Shown: positions 10,017 to 20,587 of the stretch, piece after piece
Numbering within the stretch: position 1 is the first letter of the stretch
Layout: every line of letters starts with the position of its first letter
Source of the DNA: Candidatus Falkowbacteria bacterium RIFOXYC2_FULL_36_12
Lineage (GTDB): Bacteria > Patescibacteriota > Patescibacteriia > UBA11705
Length of the DNA stretch: 64,000 nucleotides
Direction: 5' to 3'
Assembly (NCBI GenBank): GCA_001778235.1
Contig: MFGJ01000001.1
Location: forward strand, 69,302 to 133,301
The notes under the pieces: generated by a model
Database searches by the model: none
Seen by the model: only the letters and a program-made list of their open reading frames with translations
Told to the model about the DNA's origin: nothing
Made by a program: the position numbers and the translations under genes

Positions 10017-10598
10017 TTATTTATTTTCAATAATTTTATCAATCAAGCCGTATTTCTTGGCATCGTCGGCAGTCATAAAATTGTCTCTATCAGAATCTTT
10101 TTCAATTTTTGCTAAAGTTTGTCCCGTATGCTTGGATAAAATTTTATTTAATCTAACTTTGGTATCTAAAATATGCTCGGCGGCAATCTTTATATCTGAT
10201 GCTTGCCCCTGCGCACCACCCATGACTTGATGAATCATTACTTCTGAATTCGGCAAAGAAAATCGTTTACCCTTTGTACCAGCTGCAAGCAATACCGAGC
10301 CCATACTAGCGGCAAGACCAATACAAATGGTTGAAACATCAGGTTTGATATACTGCATTGTATCATAGATTGCTAATCCAGCTGAAACTGAACCACCTGG
10401 GGTATTTAGATATAATTTAATATCTTTTTTTGGATCTTCGCTTTCTAAAAATAAAAGCTGGGCAATAATAGTATTGGCGACTGCATCAGTAATCTGGGTA
10501 CCAAGAAAAACAATTCTATCTTTTAATAAACGAGAATAAATATCATAGGCGCGCTCGCCATTGTGGGTTTTTTCTATAACTGTTGGTATTAAATTCAT
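10017..10598 (-). CDS. clpP: ATP-dependent Clp protease proteolytic subunit
   Basis: [28 protein letters not shown]. Confidence 0.98.
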   Translation of the reverse strand: MNLIPTVIEKTHNGERAYDIYSRLLKDRIVFLGTQITDAVANTIIAQLLFLESEDPKKDIKLYLNTPGGSVSAGLAIYDTMQYIKPDVSTICIGLAASMGSVLLAAGTKGKRFSLPNSEVMIHQVMGGAQGQASDIKIAAEHILDTKVRLNKILSKHTGQTLAKIEKDSDRDNFMTADDAKKYGLIDKIIENK

Positions 10599-10806
10599 AG
10601 TAGTGAATTATGTTAAATGATTATAGTTGTTAATTGATATATGGAAATAATTAAATAGTGAAATATTGGGGGAATAAGATGGAAAACAGAATAAATCAGG
10701 ATAATTATGAAAATTTACTACTTTTATTAAAATAAAATATAACATTTCATTTTAACCCTGTCAATGAAAAATAAAAAACTGTGACGAGGCACAGGATTTT
10801 TTCTTT

Positions 10807-11580
10807 TTACTTTTTTTTCACAACAAGTCTAAGGCGCGGGTAAACTAATTGGTGATGTTTGTCTTGTTGTTTGAGATTAATTTCCACTCGGGATTCTACC
10901 ATAATATAACCTGGCATGAAACTTGAGCTGGAAATCGTAGTTGACACATTGGACAATATATTAGCGACAATTACAGAGACATCGTTTGAAGTATAAACTT
11001 CAAATTTAAGCCTACGCTTCAATTCAAGAACTTCAGAATCGTCTCCAAACAACGGATCACTTTGTTTCAAAGCGGAAAAATTAATCGTGAGAAATTTACT
11101 CATCAAATATGATCTAACATCAATCGGAATAAAGCTAAGACTATTGCGGACAATGTAATCTTTACCTGCGAACTGGCACTCAATATTACGAAAAAATTGT
11201 AAAGCATCAAAGGCAGAATCAATTGAATATAATTTTGTCATCGGATCGAACTGATCAAGAACTAACAATCGATTGCCTGAAGACAACTCATAAACAGCAA
11301 ATAGATATTGTGTTTGCCCATTGTCAACATATTTAATACGAACAATATTGAAATTTTTCAAGAAAACTCTAAAAAAAAGAAAATATGTGAAAGCAACAAA
11401 TAAACATAAAATTGAATAAACAAATACTATGACGATATTAACTTTTGTCGCCAGAATCATAATAAGCAAAATCAGGGCGAGACCGACAACTTCCATGATT
11501 CTCGGTATTAGCAGATTAAACAAATATTTCATCTTAGCGAGATTCTCATATTTTTCAATGAACTTGGCAGTCTGGTCCAT
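10807..11580 (-). CDS. Hypothetical membrane protein (orphan)
   Basis: 257 aa, two N-terminal hydrophobic helices; TTGACA promoter and AGGAGG SD. Confidence 0.7.
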   Translation of the reverse strand: MDQTAKFIEKYENLAKMKYLFNLLIPRIMEVVGLALILLIMILATKVNIVIVFVYSILCLFVAFTYFLFFRVFLKNFNIVRIKYVDNGQTQYLFAVYELSSGNRLLVLDQFDPMTKLYSIDSAFDALQFFRNIECQFAGKDYIVRNSLSFIPIDVRSYLMSKFLTINFSALKQSDPLFGDDSEVLELKRRLKFEVYTSNDVSVIVANILSNVSTTISSSSFMPGYIMVESRVEINLKQQDKHHQLVYPRLRLVVKKK

Positions 11581-11730
11581 GGCGCCTCCTGTTTCAGGGT
11601 AAAAATAACCTTATAACAATCATTTAAGTATGTCAAACTAAATTTGAGCGCTCCAAGCATTTGTCATCTTTTTCTGACATTGTTTTGTGGCTAATTTTAG
11701 CAGAAAAGAACAAGGCTCCGTCAGCACCTA

Positions 11731-11759
11731 TTGACATTTATTCAAATTTATGATATAAT
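11731..11759 (+). promoter_or_regulatory. Consensus sigma70 promoter with extended -10
   Basis: TTGACA-17 bp-TATAAT with TG at 11751; no credible ORF for >750 bp downstream. Confidence 0.8.
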
Positions 11760-11765
11760 GCTTAG

Positions 11766-12392
11766 TTAAATGATCAATACAACTTAGCATAGTCAGTAGC
11801 ATGATGTAGAGGAGAGAGCTCTATTTACTCGCTTTATCGACTCGTCGATTACGCAAGTTTATAGTTATAAACACTGCCTTACCAAGGTATTAAGTTATAT
11901 CCAAGACCTTAATTAAGGCAAAAAACTTCTTCTATGTCATTGTACTGATTATATACATTCTCCAAATATTAACACTATTGTGATGTGGAGGAGAGAGATT
12001 CGTTAGCTAAATTTGGTTTCAACACCGTATTTGGCAATGAATTAAATACTTCCATAGTTTTGCGAGGCTTTAAAATTTCTTTTATTGGCCAGATACAAAA
12101 CTATATTATTTTCCTCTACCTCACAATATTGTTAAGTTCATCAAAATATACGGTAGTAGAGATGTGGGGGGGAGATACGGGGATATTATTTATTTTAATT
12201 GATCCCACGAGACTCCTTCTCATCTGTGCTACTGTTATTTTTTCTTGAAATGGGCAGGCAAGCTTCTCTCTCCTCTATTTTCTAGTTCTTTTACTAGAGA
12301 ATAACTTGTCTGCTCATTTGAGGGAGAAATCCCTTTTACAAAAGGAGCATTCCCGTGTGGAATCGCTTCTTTTGCTTTTAAAGGGATTTTTT
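11766..12392 (+). ncRNA. Candidate large multi-domain structured ncRNA (five tandem stem-loop domains)
   Basis: Closing stems rich in G-U pairs: 11789-11952, 11969-12135, 12150-12235, 12248-12319, 12327-12392; shared GATGTRG(A/G)GG(A/G)GA motif in first three. Confidence 0.65.
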
Positions 12393-12524
12393 ATTTAGAC
12401 AATAAAGACATTTGCTGTGATTAATCTTGCCAATTTCTTCATTTATGTTCAATTTTATGATAAAATATTAGTACATTAAATAATAACCTAACTCATAGAT
12501 TAAGCCTATTGAGTATTTATTAAT

Positions 12525-14861
12525 ATGGCGAAACGAGGAAGACCCAGAAAAAATAAAGTCCAAGTCGAAGAAGAATATTATTCACTTAGCCCTGAAACAA
12601 AAAAAGCAATTTTTATCGTTGTTTTATTTGCCCTTGCAGTTATTAGCAGTTTAAGCTTTTTAGACCTTGCGGGTTCAGCCGGACAGCTTATAAGCATGGC
12701 ACTAGCTATTGCTTTTGGACTGACAAAATATTTATTCCCGATTATTTTAATTTGTTTGGCGTATGTTCTAACCCAACCGAGCAAATATGCACCTACATGG
12801 ATTAATTATCTTGGTATACTAATCTTTATACTAAGTTTTAATGGATTAATTCATTTAATTGTTACTAGAAATATTTTGGATACAGCAACTGATTATGCTT
12901 TTGCCGGACTGGGTGGAGGACTATCAGGGTTGGCCTTGAGCTACCCATTAAATCAAGGATTAGGCTTCTGGGCGAGCGTTGTACTGCTACTGGCCTTTAC
13001 CATTATTTCAATTTTATTAATATTTAATACAACCCTTGAAACACTATTAGACCGAACAAAACTTTCTAATATCGGGAGCTTTGTGTCAAATCCGCTAAAA
13101 CGAAATTCCGGAGATGATGATGATTTTGATGAAGAAGATGATGACGACGATGAAGAAGAAAGTGAAACAAATGAAACTGAAGAGATTGAGCTTGAAGAAG
13201 ATGAAAACGAAGGTCTTGAAACGATTGGACAACCAATTAAAACAAGTGGAATATTTAAAAAAACACCAACTGCAGTTGAAAATAAATTTGCTGAAAGTAA
13301 ATTTAGGAATCTGCAATATGATTTGCCACTGGGCTTACTTAATGGTAAATCAACAAAGCCAAAAAGTGGTGATGTAAATCTGGCAATGGAAAGAATTGAA
13401 AGTACTTTGCATAATTTTGGTATAGATATAGAAATGGGAGAGGTTAATGTCGGACCAACAGTTACCCAGTATTCATTTAAACCAGCTGAAGGAATTAAAC
13501 TATCTAGGATAACAACCTTAAACAATGATCTTGCGCTCGCTCTTGCAGCTCACCCAATCAGAATTGAAGCTCCAATCCCTGGAAAATCCCTTGTCGGAAT
13601 AGAAGTTCCAAATCACCAGCCCGCGCTGGTACCACTTCGACCAATTATTGACAATAAAGATTTCCAAGAACAAAAATCAAAACTTTCACTAGGTCTAGGC
13701 AAAGATGTAAGCGGAAAAAATTGGCATTGTGATTTAGGGAAAATGCCACATTTACTAGTTGCAGGAGCCACTGGTTCAGGTAAAAGTGTTTGCTTGAATA
13801 CTATAATTTTAAGTTTGGTATATCAAAATAGTCCTGAAACATTGAGATTAATATTAGTTGACCCAAAAAGAGTTGAGTTTACTGTATATAATGGGATTCC
13901 ACATTTATTAACACCGGTGATCACTGATGTCACAAAAACAATCAATGCTTTGCGCTGGGCAATACATGAAATGGATCAAAGATTTGATATTTTGTCCAAA
14001 GCAGGAAAAAGAAACATTGAAAGTTATAATGAACATAGTCAAGTGAAAATGCCCTACATTGTCATTGTGATTGATGAACTGGCTGATCTAATGACTGCGG
14101 CATCAGCAGAAGTTGAAGGAAGTATAATCAGACTAACTCAAATGGCACGAGCTATTGGTATTCATTTGGTAGTAGCGACCCAAAGACCATCGGTTGATAT
14201 TATTACTGGCTTGATTAAAGCTAATATACCAGGACGAATTGCTTTTTCTGTTGCCTCATCAATGGATTCAAGAACTATTCTTGATTCAATTGGTGCTGAA
14301 AAATTAATTGGAAAAGGCGATATGTTATTCCAAACGGCTGAACTATCAAAACCAAGACGATTACAAGGGGCATTTGTAAGTGACAGAGAAATAAAAAATG
14401 TGGTAAACTTCCTAAAGCAACTGGCTGGAGAACCTGAATATGATGAATCAATCGTAGAAAAACAAAGTAATAAATCAAGTTTTGATTTTGGTGGTGATGA
14501 AGCTGATGATGAATTGTTTGATGAAGCAAAGAGCGTTGTACTTCAAGCCGGGAAAGCCTCTGCCTCACTGCTTCAAAGACGATTGAGAATCGGATATGCC
14601 AGAGCTGCCAGACTGATTGATATTTTGGAAGAAAAAGGCATTGTCGGCGCAGCTGATGGAGCTAGGCCAAGACAAATCCTAATGTCAGAAGAAGATTTTG
14701 ATCAACCAACTCCATCTGTTTTTCGTGGAAGAGACCAAAAACAAGATGATAAAATCAATATCGCAGATGATGAGACTGATTTAGATGAAGAAAAAGATGA
14801 TGATGAAGATAATGAGATAAATCAACTTGACTATACAGATGACGAGGACAAAAACCAATAA
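12525..14861 (+). CDS. ftsK: DNA translocase FtsK/SpoIIIE
   Basis: 4TM N-terminus, acidic linker, GATGSGKS, IDELADLM, ATQRPS, gamma domain SLLQRRLRIGYARAARLID. Confidence 0.97.
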   Translation: MAKRGRPRKNKVQVEEEYYSLSPETKKAIFIVVLFALAVISSLSFLDLAGSAGQLISMALAIAFGLTKYLFPIILICLAYVLTQPSKYAPTWINYLGILIFILSFNGLIHLIVTRNILDTATDYAFAGLGGGLSGLALSYPLNQGLGFWASVVLLLAFTIISILLIFNTTLETLLDRTKLSNIGSFVSNPLKRNSGDDDDFDEEDDDDDEEESETNETEEIELEEDENEGLETIGQPIKTSGIFKKTPTAVENKFAESKFRNLQYDLPLGLLNGKSTKPKSGDVNLAMERIESTLHNFGIDIEMGEVNVGPTVTQYSFKPAEGIKLSRITTLNNDLALALAAHPIRIEAPIPGKSLVGIEVPNHQPALVPLRPIIDNKDFQEQKSKLSLGLGKDVSGKNWHCDLGKMPHLLVAGATGSGKSVCLNTIILSLVYQNSPETLRLILVDPKRVEFTVYNGIPHLLTPVITDVTKTINALRWAIHEMDQRFDILSKAGKRNIESYNEHSQVKMPYIVIVIDELADLMTAASAEVEGSIIRLTQMARAIGIHLVVATQRPSVDIITGLIKANIPGRIAFSVASSMDSRTILDSIGAEKLIGKGDMLFQTAELSKPRRLQGAFVSDREIKNVVNFLKQLAGEPEYDESIVEKQSNKSSFDFGGDEADDELFDEAKSVVLQAGKASASLLQRRLRIGYARAARLIDILEEKGIVGAADGARPRQILMSEEDFDQPTPSVFRGRDQKQDDKINIADDETDLDEEKDDDEDNEINQLDYTDDEDKNQ

Positions 14862-14872
14862 TTGTTTGAACT

Positions 14873-15556
14873 ATGGCAAATTTTGAAAGTAAAAGCTTGA
14901 AATCAATTGAAACTCTAGGCGAAATATTAAAAAAGCATAGATCAGAACTTAATTTGTCCATGAACCAAATCGCGAGACAGTTTCAGATCAATACTAGATA
15001 TTTGCAAGCTCTGGAAAATGATGCATACGATCAAATGCCGGCTGATATTTATACTCACAATTTTCTAAAAAAATATGCGTCTCTACTCGGACTGAATGCA
15101 TCATCATTGATTTCTCTGCATGAAAGAGAAAAAAATCTATATTTGAAAACCAAAAAAAAGGATAAATCAAAGATTAATAACTTAAGCCTAGGTTCAAAAT
15201 TTCTAAACAAAATTTTGGAGCCAAAAAAGATAAAGGCTTTTTTTATTTTGTTACTATTTGTTATAATACTTACCTATATTGGCTTTAGTATCAGTAAAAT
15301 ATTTTCACCGCCAGAACTGATTATAAAGGAACCAAGTGAAAATAGTATAATTACCCAGAATACAACCCTTGAAATCAAAGGGGTAACAGAGGAAGAAGTT
15401 GAATTAACAATAAACTCAAGACAAGTACTTTATGACCGCGATGGAATTTTCTCGGTACAGCTTGATTTGCAAAAAGGATTAAATGTGATTAAAATAACAG
15501 CAAAGAAAAAACACAGCCAATCCAATACTATTTATAAACAGATTATTGTAGAATAG
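14873..15556 (+). CDS. RodZ-like HTH membrane protein
   Basis: LGEILKKHR..HTH..YLQALE..Y..FLKKYA..LGL, TM, C-terminal Ig-like beta domain; ftsK-rodZ-recA synteny. Confidence 0.8.
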   Translation: MANFESKSLKSIETLGEILKKHRSELNLSMNQIARQFQINTRYLQALENDAYDQMPADIYTHNFLKKYASLLGLNASSLISLHEREKNLYLKTKKKDKSKINNLSLGSKFLNKILEPKKIKAFFILLLFVIILTYIGFSISKIFSPPELIIKEPSENSIITQNTTLEIKGVTEEEVELTINSRQVLYDRDGIFSVQLDLQKGLNVIKITAKKKHSQSNTIYKQIIVE

Positions 15557-15672
15557 TAATAACATTGCTTGTCGTTGTTAAATAAATAAATCCATGCTTG
15601 AAATAATTATGAAAGTGTCATTAATGATAAAATTTAAGTGAATTATAGCTTAAGTTTACATTTTCTGAACTA

Positions 15673-16722
15673 ATGAAAAATAAATTTATGGTAAAGACAA
15701 AAAATGGTGTGGAGGAAAATGAAAAAAACAAAGCAGCAAATGAAGCAATTTTGCAAATAAGAGAAAAATTCGGTGAAGGTTCAATCATGAGACTGGGGGA
15801 AGCAAAGGCGATGGAAGTTGATTCTATTCCAACGGGTTGTTTATCTCTTGATATTGCTCTCGGCGTTGGTGGTGTGCCACGAGGTCGTATAATTGAAATC
15901 TATGGACCAGAATCATCAGGAAAAACTACTTTGGCACAACACATTGCATCTGAAACTCAAAAAAGAGGCGGGATTGCGGCCTTTGTTGACGCTGAACATG
16001 CACTTGATCCAGAATATGCACAAAAGATTGGAATAAATATAAATGAGTTATTAATTTCTCAACCTGATACAGGTGAACAAGCTCTGGAAATCGTTGAAAC
16101 CTTAGTAAGATCAAATGCAGTGGATACAATAATTATTGATTCAGTTGCTGCGCTGGTACCAAAAGCTGAAATTGAGGGGGAAATGGGAGATCAACACATG
16201 GGACTCCAAGCAAGATTAATGAGTCAGGCCCTAAGAAAACTGGCTGGCATTGTTGGTAAAACACAAACCACTGTAGTTTTTCTAAATCAAATAAGACATA
16301 AAATCGGAGTTTTTTTCGGCAACCCAGAAACTACAACAGGTGGTAATGCTTTAAAATTTTATTCTTCTGTCCGAATAGAAGTTAGGAGATCGGCACAAAT
16401 AAAAAAAGGAGAAGAAATTATTGGGAACCAAGTCAAATGTAAAATTGTAAAAAACAAGGTGGCGGCGCCATTTCAAACAACAACTTTTGACATTATGTAT
16501 AATGAAGGAATTTCCATCCCTGGTGATGTACTTGATGTGGGGTTAAAGTATAAAATCTTATCAAAATCAGGCAACTCATATACATATGGCGAAGAAAAAC
16601 TTGGGGTTGGCAGAGAAACGGCTAAAGATTATTTGAGACAAAATCCAAAATTAATTGAAAAAATAAAAAAAGAAGTTTGGAAAGCAATAGAAGTTGGACC
16701 GATCGCGGAAGAGCAGATCTAA
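15673..16722 (+). CDS. recA: Recombinase A
   Basis: [33 protein letters not shown] (start may be ATG 15688). Confidence 0.99.
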   Translation: MKNKFMVKTKNGVEENEKNKAANEAILQIREKFGEGSIMRLGEAKAMEVDSIPTGCLSLDIALGVGGVPRGRIIEIYGPESSGKTTLAQHIASETQKRGGIAAFVDAEHALDPEYAQKIGININELLISQPDTGEQALEIVETLVRSNAVDTIIIDSVAALVPKAEIEGEMGDQHMGLQARLMSQALRKLAGIVGKTQTTVVFLNQIRHKIGVFFGNPETTTGGNALKFYSSVRIEVRRSAQIKKGEEIIGNQVKCKIVKNKVAAPFQTTTFDIMYNEGISIPGDVLDVGLKYKILSKSGNSYTYGEEKLGVGRETAKDYLRQNPKLIEKIKKEVWKAIEVGPIAEEQI

Positions 16723-16782
16723 AAGCTAACCAGGTAAGGATATTTAGACGAAAAAACACTGGTGTAATAACCGGTGTTTTGT

Positions 16783-17274
16783 TTAGGGAAACAAACTTAA
16801 TGCTTCGAAAATTACTGCCATGAATTTATCCTGATCTTTTGGTAGCAATGATTGGTCAAAATCAACAAGCGAAACCCAAACTGGTTGTCTTTCACAAAAC
16901 TCCCGAGTTTTCGAAGTATCTGGAAGCTCTCGAGTTGAGACAGAAGCAAGAAAATAGATTGATGTCAGATGATAGGCTTGGCCATCAAAATCAATAATAA
17001 AGTTTTCTGTTGGAGACAGACTTCGAATTAATTTGACGTCTAGACCACATTCTTCAAATACTTCTCGCTTCACTGCCTGCTCAAATGTCTCCCATGGCTC
17101 TTTGCCTCCACCTGGAAAAAAATGTAAACCATTGGACAATGGTGTCAGAAGAATTTCATTTTGATCAATGATTACGGCATAAACCCCGACTCTTTCTCTG
17201 ATATTATTTCGATGAACAAATTTTTCTTGCTCGGTTGATAAACAATGGCATTTGATCAGTTCGGAGGTTGGCAT
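16783..17274 (-). CDS. NUDIX hydrolase
   Basis: Nudix box GGGKEPWETFEQAVKREVFEECGL; start moved to ATG 17274 behind GAGGAG. Confidence 0.85.
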   Translation of the reverse strand: MPTSELIKCHCLSTEQEKFVHRNNIRERVGVYAVIIDQNEILLTPLSNGLHFFPGGGKEPWETFEQAVKREVFEECGLDVKLIRSLSPTENFIIDFDGQAYHLTSIYFLASVSTRELPDTSKTREFCERQPVWVSLVDFDQSLLPKDQDKFMAVIFEALSLFP

Positions 17275-17376
17275 TGTGGTCTCCTCGGTTGCAGGTGAAA
17301 AATAATTGTAATAATTTATCAACATAAAGTCAAGTTCTATGTTTAAAAATAAAAAATACTCGTATTTTACGAATAT

Positions 17377-17643
17377 TTAATCGTTTTCATACTTCTCAAC
17401 AGTTACAATGACTGAAACTGGGACTGGACCAAACAAAGTATTATTATTCCAAACATATCCTGTGATAACTGTCAGTGAACCAATGAAATAGTTCCTGCCA
17501 ATATGGTACAAAGCATCGGAGATCACAGGACTACGATCCAATGGAGCTTTATCATCCAGAACAACCATTACAACTAAATCATCGACAATCCAGTCAAAAC
17601 GATACAGGAGGTTCTGCTTTGCTGATTTTTCATTGGTAGTCAT
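17377..17643 (-). CDS. Hypothetical protein (orphan)
   Basis: 88-aa ORF with GGAAGGGAG SD, downstream of 17662..18102. Confidence 0.6.
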   Translation of the reverse strand: MTTNEKSAKQNLLYRFDWIVDDLVVMVVLDDKAPLDRSPVISDALYHIGRNYFIGSLTVITGYVWNNNTLFGPVPVSVIVTVEKYEND

Positions 17644-17661
17644 GGTTTGTCTCCCTTCCGA

Positions 17662-18102
17662 CTAGACATAATCGGACATACCCCAGAGTTTGAATTCTGC
17701 TTCATCCCACATGCCATCAGGGTCAAGAAGTGTTTTCAAAGAGTTTTTGGTAGTTTCAAAAAAGGAAAGATCACAACTCTCAACATGCTTACCGACAAGC
17801 GGTGGGAATTCAGTTTTCGCAATCAAGCCAATAAAGACATAATTATTGACGCCTCTACCTTCTTTGAAATGAGTTTTGACCCAGGTAATATAATGAGGCA
17901 GACCAATAACACGATTGCTCTCAAAGTTAATATAGGAAACGGTTGGTTTATCTGGCCCATTGGTCCACATAGGTTTGGCACAATCAGGACAAAATCTGAA
18001 CGGTTGCAATGGATGATGACAACCTCTAATCTCGGTTGCTCGAAAGATGTTTTCCACGGGGATTCTAATACCAATAATTGCATAGGATCTCTGACTGGAC
18101 AT
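17662..18102 (-). CDS. Hypothetical protein with possible Zn ribbon
   Basis: GCHH...FCPDCAKP; TTGACA promoter and AAGGAG SD. Confidence 0.65.
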   Translation of the reverse strand: MSSQRSYAIIGIRIPVENIFRATEIRGCHHPLQPFRFCPDCAKPMWTNGPDKPTVSYINFESNRVIGLPHYITWVKTHFKEGRGVNNYVFIGLIAKTEFPPLVGKHVESCDLSFFETTKNSLKTLLDPDGMWDEAEFKLWGMSDYV

Positions 18103-18237
18103 GTCCGTCTCCTTGTCGGTGGCTTACTGACTCTATGTCATAACAAATATTTCATAAAATGTCAATACTTTAATTTTACGAAAATCAGTAAAGTTTATGA
18201 TATCAAAAAACCGCTATTGATAGCAGTTTTTCTTTAT

Positions 18238-18795
18238 TTAAGCTCGTTCTACATATAGTCCAGTTTCTGTATTGACGATAATTTCTTCACCTTCTTTGAT
18301 AAATAGCGGAGCAGAAATTTTGTGTCCTGTTTCCAGAGTTACCAGCTTGCTACCTCCTTGGGCGGTATCACCCTTTATTCCAGGAGGCGCTTCAGTGATT
18401 TTTATTTTAATTTTTGTGGGAATCTGGATGGATACTGGGTTACCTTCGAAAATCAAAACATCAACTGATGTGCCTTCAACTAAATAGTTGATTGAATGCC
18501 CGATATTTTCTTTGTCCAAACTGAATTGTTCGTAGGTATTTGAATCCATGAAATAAACTTCGGTACCTGCAAGATATAAATATGTGGCTTTACTTCTCTC
18601 GAGGTCAGCTGATTCCCATTTGTCAGCACCTTTCATGGTTTTTTCCAAAACAGCGCCGTTCAATAGATTGCGGATTTTGACGCGAAGAATCGCACCACCA
18701 CGGCCCATCTGAACATGCTGGGTCCAGATAACAACATAGGGTTCACCATCAACCTTGGCAACGGTGCCAAGCTTTACCTGACTAATGTCCAACAT
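18238..18795 (-). CDS. efp: Elongation factor P
   Basis: HVQMGRGGA loop, PGIKGDTA, LETG, VNTETGLYVER. Confidence 0.95.
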   Translation of the reverse strand: MLDISQVKLGTVAKVDGEPYVVIWTQHVQMGRGGAILRVKIRNLLNGAVLEKTMKGADKWESADLERSKATYLYLAGTEVYFMDSNTYEQFSLDKENIGHSINYLVEGTSVDVLIFEGNPVSIQIPTKIKIKITEAPPGIKGDTAQGGSKLVTLETGHKISAPLFIKEGEEIIVNTETGLYVERA

Positions 18796-18807
18796 AAAAA
18801 ATATAAT

Positions 18808-19035
18808 TTATTTTGCAATATACGGTAGAAGTGCCATAAATCTAGCGCGTTTGATAGCGTTGGCGCTTTTTCTTTGGTGCTTTGAACATAATCCGCTACG
18901 GCGTCTCTGGGCGATTTTGCCATAAGATGAGACAAACTTCTGCAAAAGAGTTGCTTGTTTGTAATCAACTTCATTTAAACCATTGACGCAATAATAACAA
19001 GCTTTTTCGACTATTGGTTGTTTTTTATTATACAT
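18808..19035 (-). CDS. rpsR: 30S ribosomal protein S18 (Zn-binding type)
   Basis: CYYC, VDYK, GKI..RRRSGLCSKHQR, IKRARFMALLPY. Confidence 0.95.
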   Translation of the reverse strand: MYNKKQPIVEKACYYCVNGLNEVDYKQATLLQKFVSSYGKIAQRRRSGLCSKHQRKSANAIKRARFMALLPYIAK

Positions 19036-19111
19036 AACTATTTTTAATCTAAATATTTTAATTGGCTTATTTCATCAAGCCAATGTCTGACATTAAAGAT
19101 TTATAATTGAA

Positions 19112-19576
19112 TTAAAATGGAATGTTTTCAATTTTGATATCATCACCGTTATCATCATCGGAATGTTTGTTATCATCTTCTGGAATGACTGTCCCGGCTG
19201 GTGCTGTGTCAATTTGAGTATTTGAAGCAGGAGTAAAGTTTGAAGAACCAGCTCGATCAAGCATAATCATATTTTCAGCGACTATCTCGGTTCGATAACG
19301 CTTGACTCCATCTTGTCCCGCCCAATCACGAGTCTGCAAACGACCTTCAAGATAAACTTTGCTACCTTTTTTCAAATATTGAGCACAGATTTCTCCTAGT
19401 TTCCGCCAAGCAACTACATTATGATATTCTACTCTTTCTTGTTTTTGTCCACTGGCATCATTCCAAACAAGATTGGTGGCGACAGAAAATGTTGTGACGG
19501 TTGTTCCCTGTGGTGTTTTTTTTGATTCTGGATCTCGTGTAAGATTTCCAATAATCATTGCTCTGTTTAAATTCAT
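19112..19576 (-). CDS. ssb: Single-stranded DNA-binding protein
   Basis: IGNLTRDPE, YLKKGSKVYLEGRLQTR, acidic tail ending IPF. Confidence 0.97.
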   Translation of the reverse strand: MNLNRAMIIGNLTRDPESKKTPQGTTVTTFSVATNLVWNDASGQKQERVEYHNVVAWRKLGEICAQYLKKGSKVYLEGRLQTRDWAGQDGVKRYRTEIVAENMIMLDRAGSSNFTPASNTQIDTAPAGTVIPEDDNKHSDDDNGDDIKIENIPF

Positions 19577-19655
19577 AGGGATATTTTGATTCAGTTTTTG
19601 TAAAAAACCTTTGATAAGAAATTTTTACAAATGATGAAATTAATTGTTATTTTTG

Positions 19656-20324
19656 TTATAGAATGTCATCAGTCAATATCTCATCCAACTTTTTATCAAG
19701 ATCATCAAGACTGATTTTACCTTTTTCCTTTTTCTCTTTTATGATCAAGGGTTCTTCAGACTTGGTCTTTTCAATCGGTTTGGCTTCTTGTTGTTTTTTT
19801 GGCTCAACTTTTTCATCTGCCGGTTCAACGGCCAAATCTTCTACAACTGATTTTTCAACCTCTGGTTTTAATTCAACAGACTGCGGTAAGACTTCGGCAA
19901 CTACTGGCTGATCAACTTTTTCAACAACTGGCTGTTCTTTTACAGCGGTTTTGTCCAAAGCAGCCAATTCTTCTTCTTTGCCTTTTAATATTTTGTCTTG
20001 AATTTTTTGTTCCCTTTCTAATTCTTCGGTTGTTTTGACTTTTTTCTTTACAACTAAAAAGCGTAAAACTTCATTAATTAGAGTCAACTGTTTGTCTAGT
20101 TCTTTTAGATTTTCTGTTGGCATGTCAAACTCAACAACAACATATGTTCCTTGAGTCACCTTCTTTATTGGATATGCCAAACGCTGTTTGCCAAAAATTT
20201 GATTTAAGGTAATTTCACCTTTTTTATCAATAATCTGACTAGTGACTGATTCCATTACTGAATTCAGTTCGTCTCCTGTGTGTTTAATTGAAACAACATA
20301 CAGAAGCTCATAGTGATCTGTCAT
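19656..20324 (-). CDS. rpsF: 30S ribosomal protein S6 with long C-terminal extension
   Basis: YELLYVV, GKQRLAYPIKK, EVLRFLVVK; rpsF-ssb-rpsR order. Confidence 0.93.
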   Translation of the reverse strand: MTDHYELLYVVSIKHTGDELNSVMESVTSQIIDKKGEITLNQIFGKQRLAYPIKKVTQGTYVVVEFDMPTENLKELDKQLTLINEVLRFLVVKKKVKTTEELEREQKIQDKILKGKEEELAALDKTAVKEQPVVEKVDQPVVAEVLPQSVELKPEVEKSVVEDLAVEPADEKVEPKKQQEAKPIEKTKSEEPLIIKEKKEKGKISLDDLDKKLDEILTDDIL

Positions 20325-20587
20325 AATTTACTTAATTTTAGCTATTTTGTGATTAACTGGAGGTTAATCAATGGCCATGAGCAAAATAGAAATAAAATCA
20401 ATATTTAATTAACTGTGGTAACATTATCACAAAAGAATAAATTTGACAAGAGCTAAATAGTAATTGACTAGTATAAATAACTGTGCTATAATCAGATTAC
20501 AGTATAGAAAATATACTGTTTTATTTTTTAAATTTTTATAATTTAGGTATTTAAAGGTATAATACCTGCGTAATAATTATCAATAAT

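Noticed and set aside
11985-12248. 87-aa ORF
   Set aside because: GTG start inside a repeated RNA motif, no protein features; G-U-rich stems explain the region better.
11766-12392. RNase P RNA, tmRNA or box C/D-like RNA
   Set aside because: No GAGGAAAGUCC, no tRNA-Ala-like ends; RUGAUG-like motif is buried in stems and CUGA is not consistently present.
12953-13525. Long antisense ORFs over ftsK (similarly over groEL, ychF, nusA)
   Set aside because: Reverse-frame shadows of well-conserved genes.
17647-18258. 203-aa plus-strand ORF
   Set aside because: Antisense shadow of 17662..18102, which has promoter and SD.
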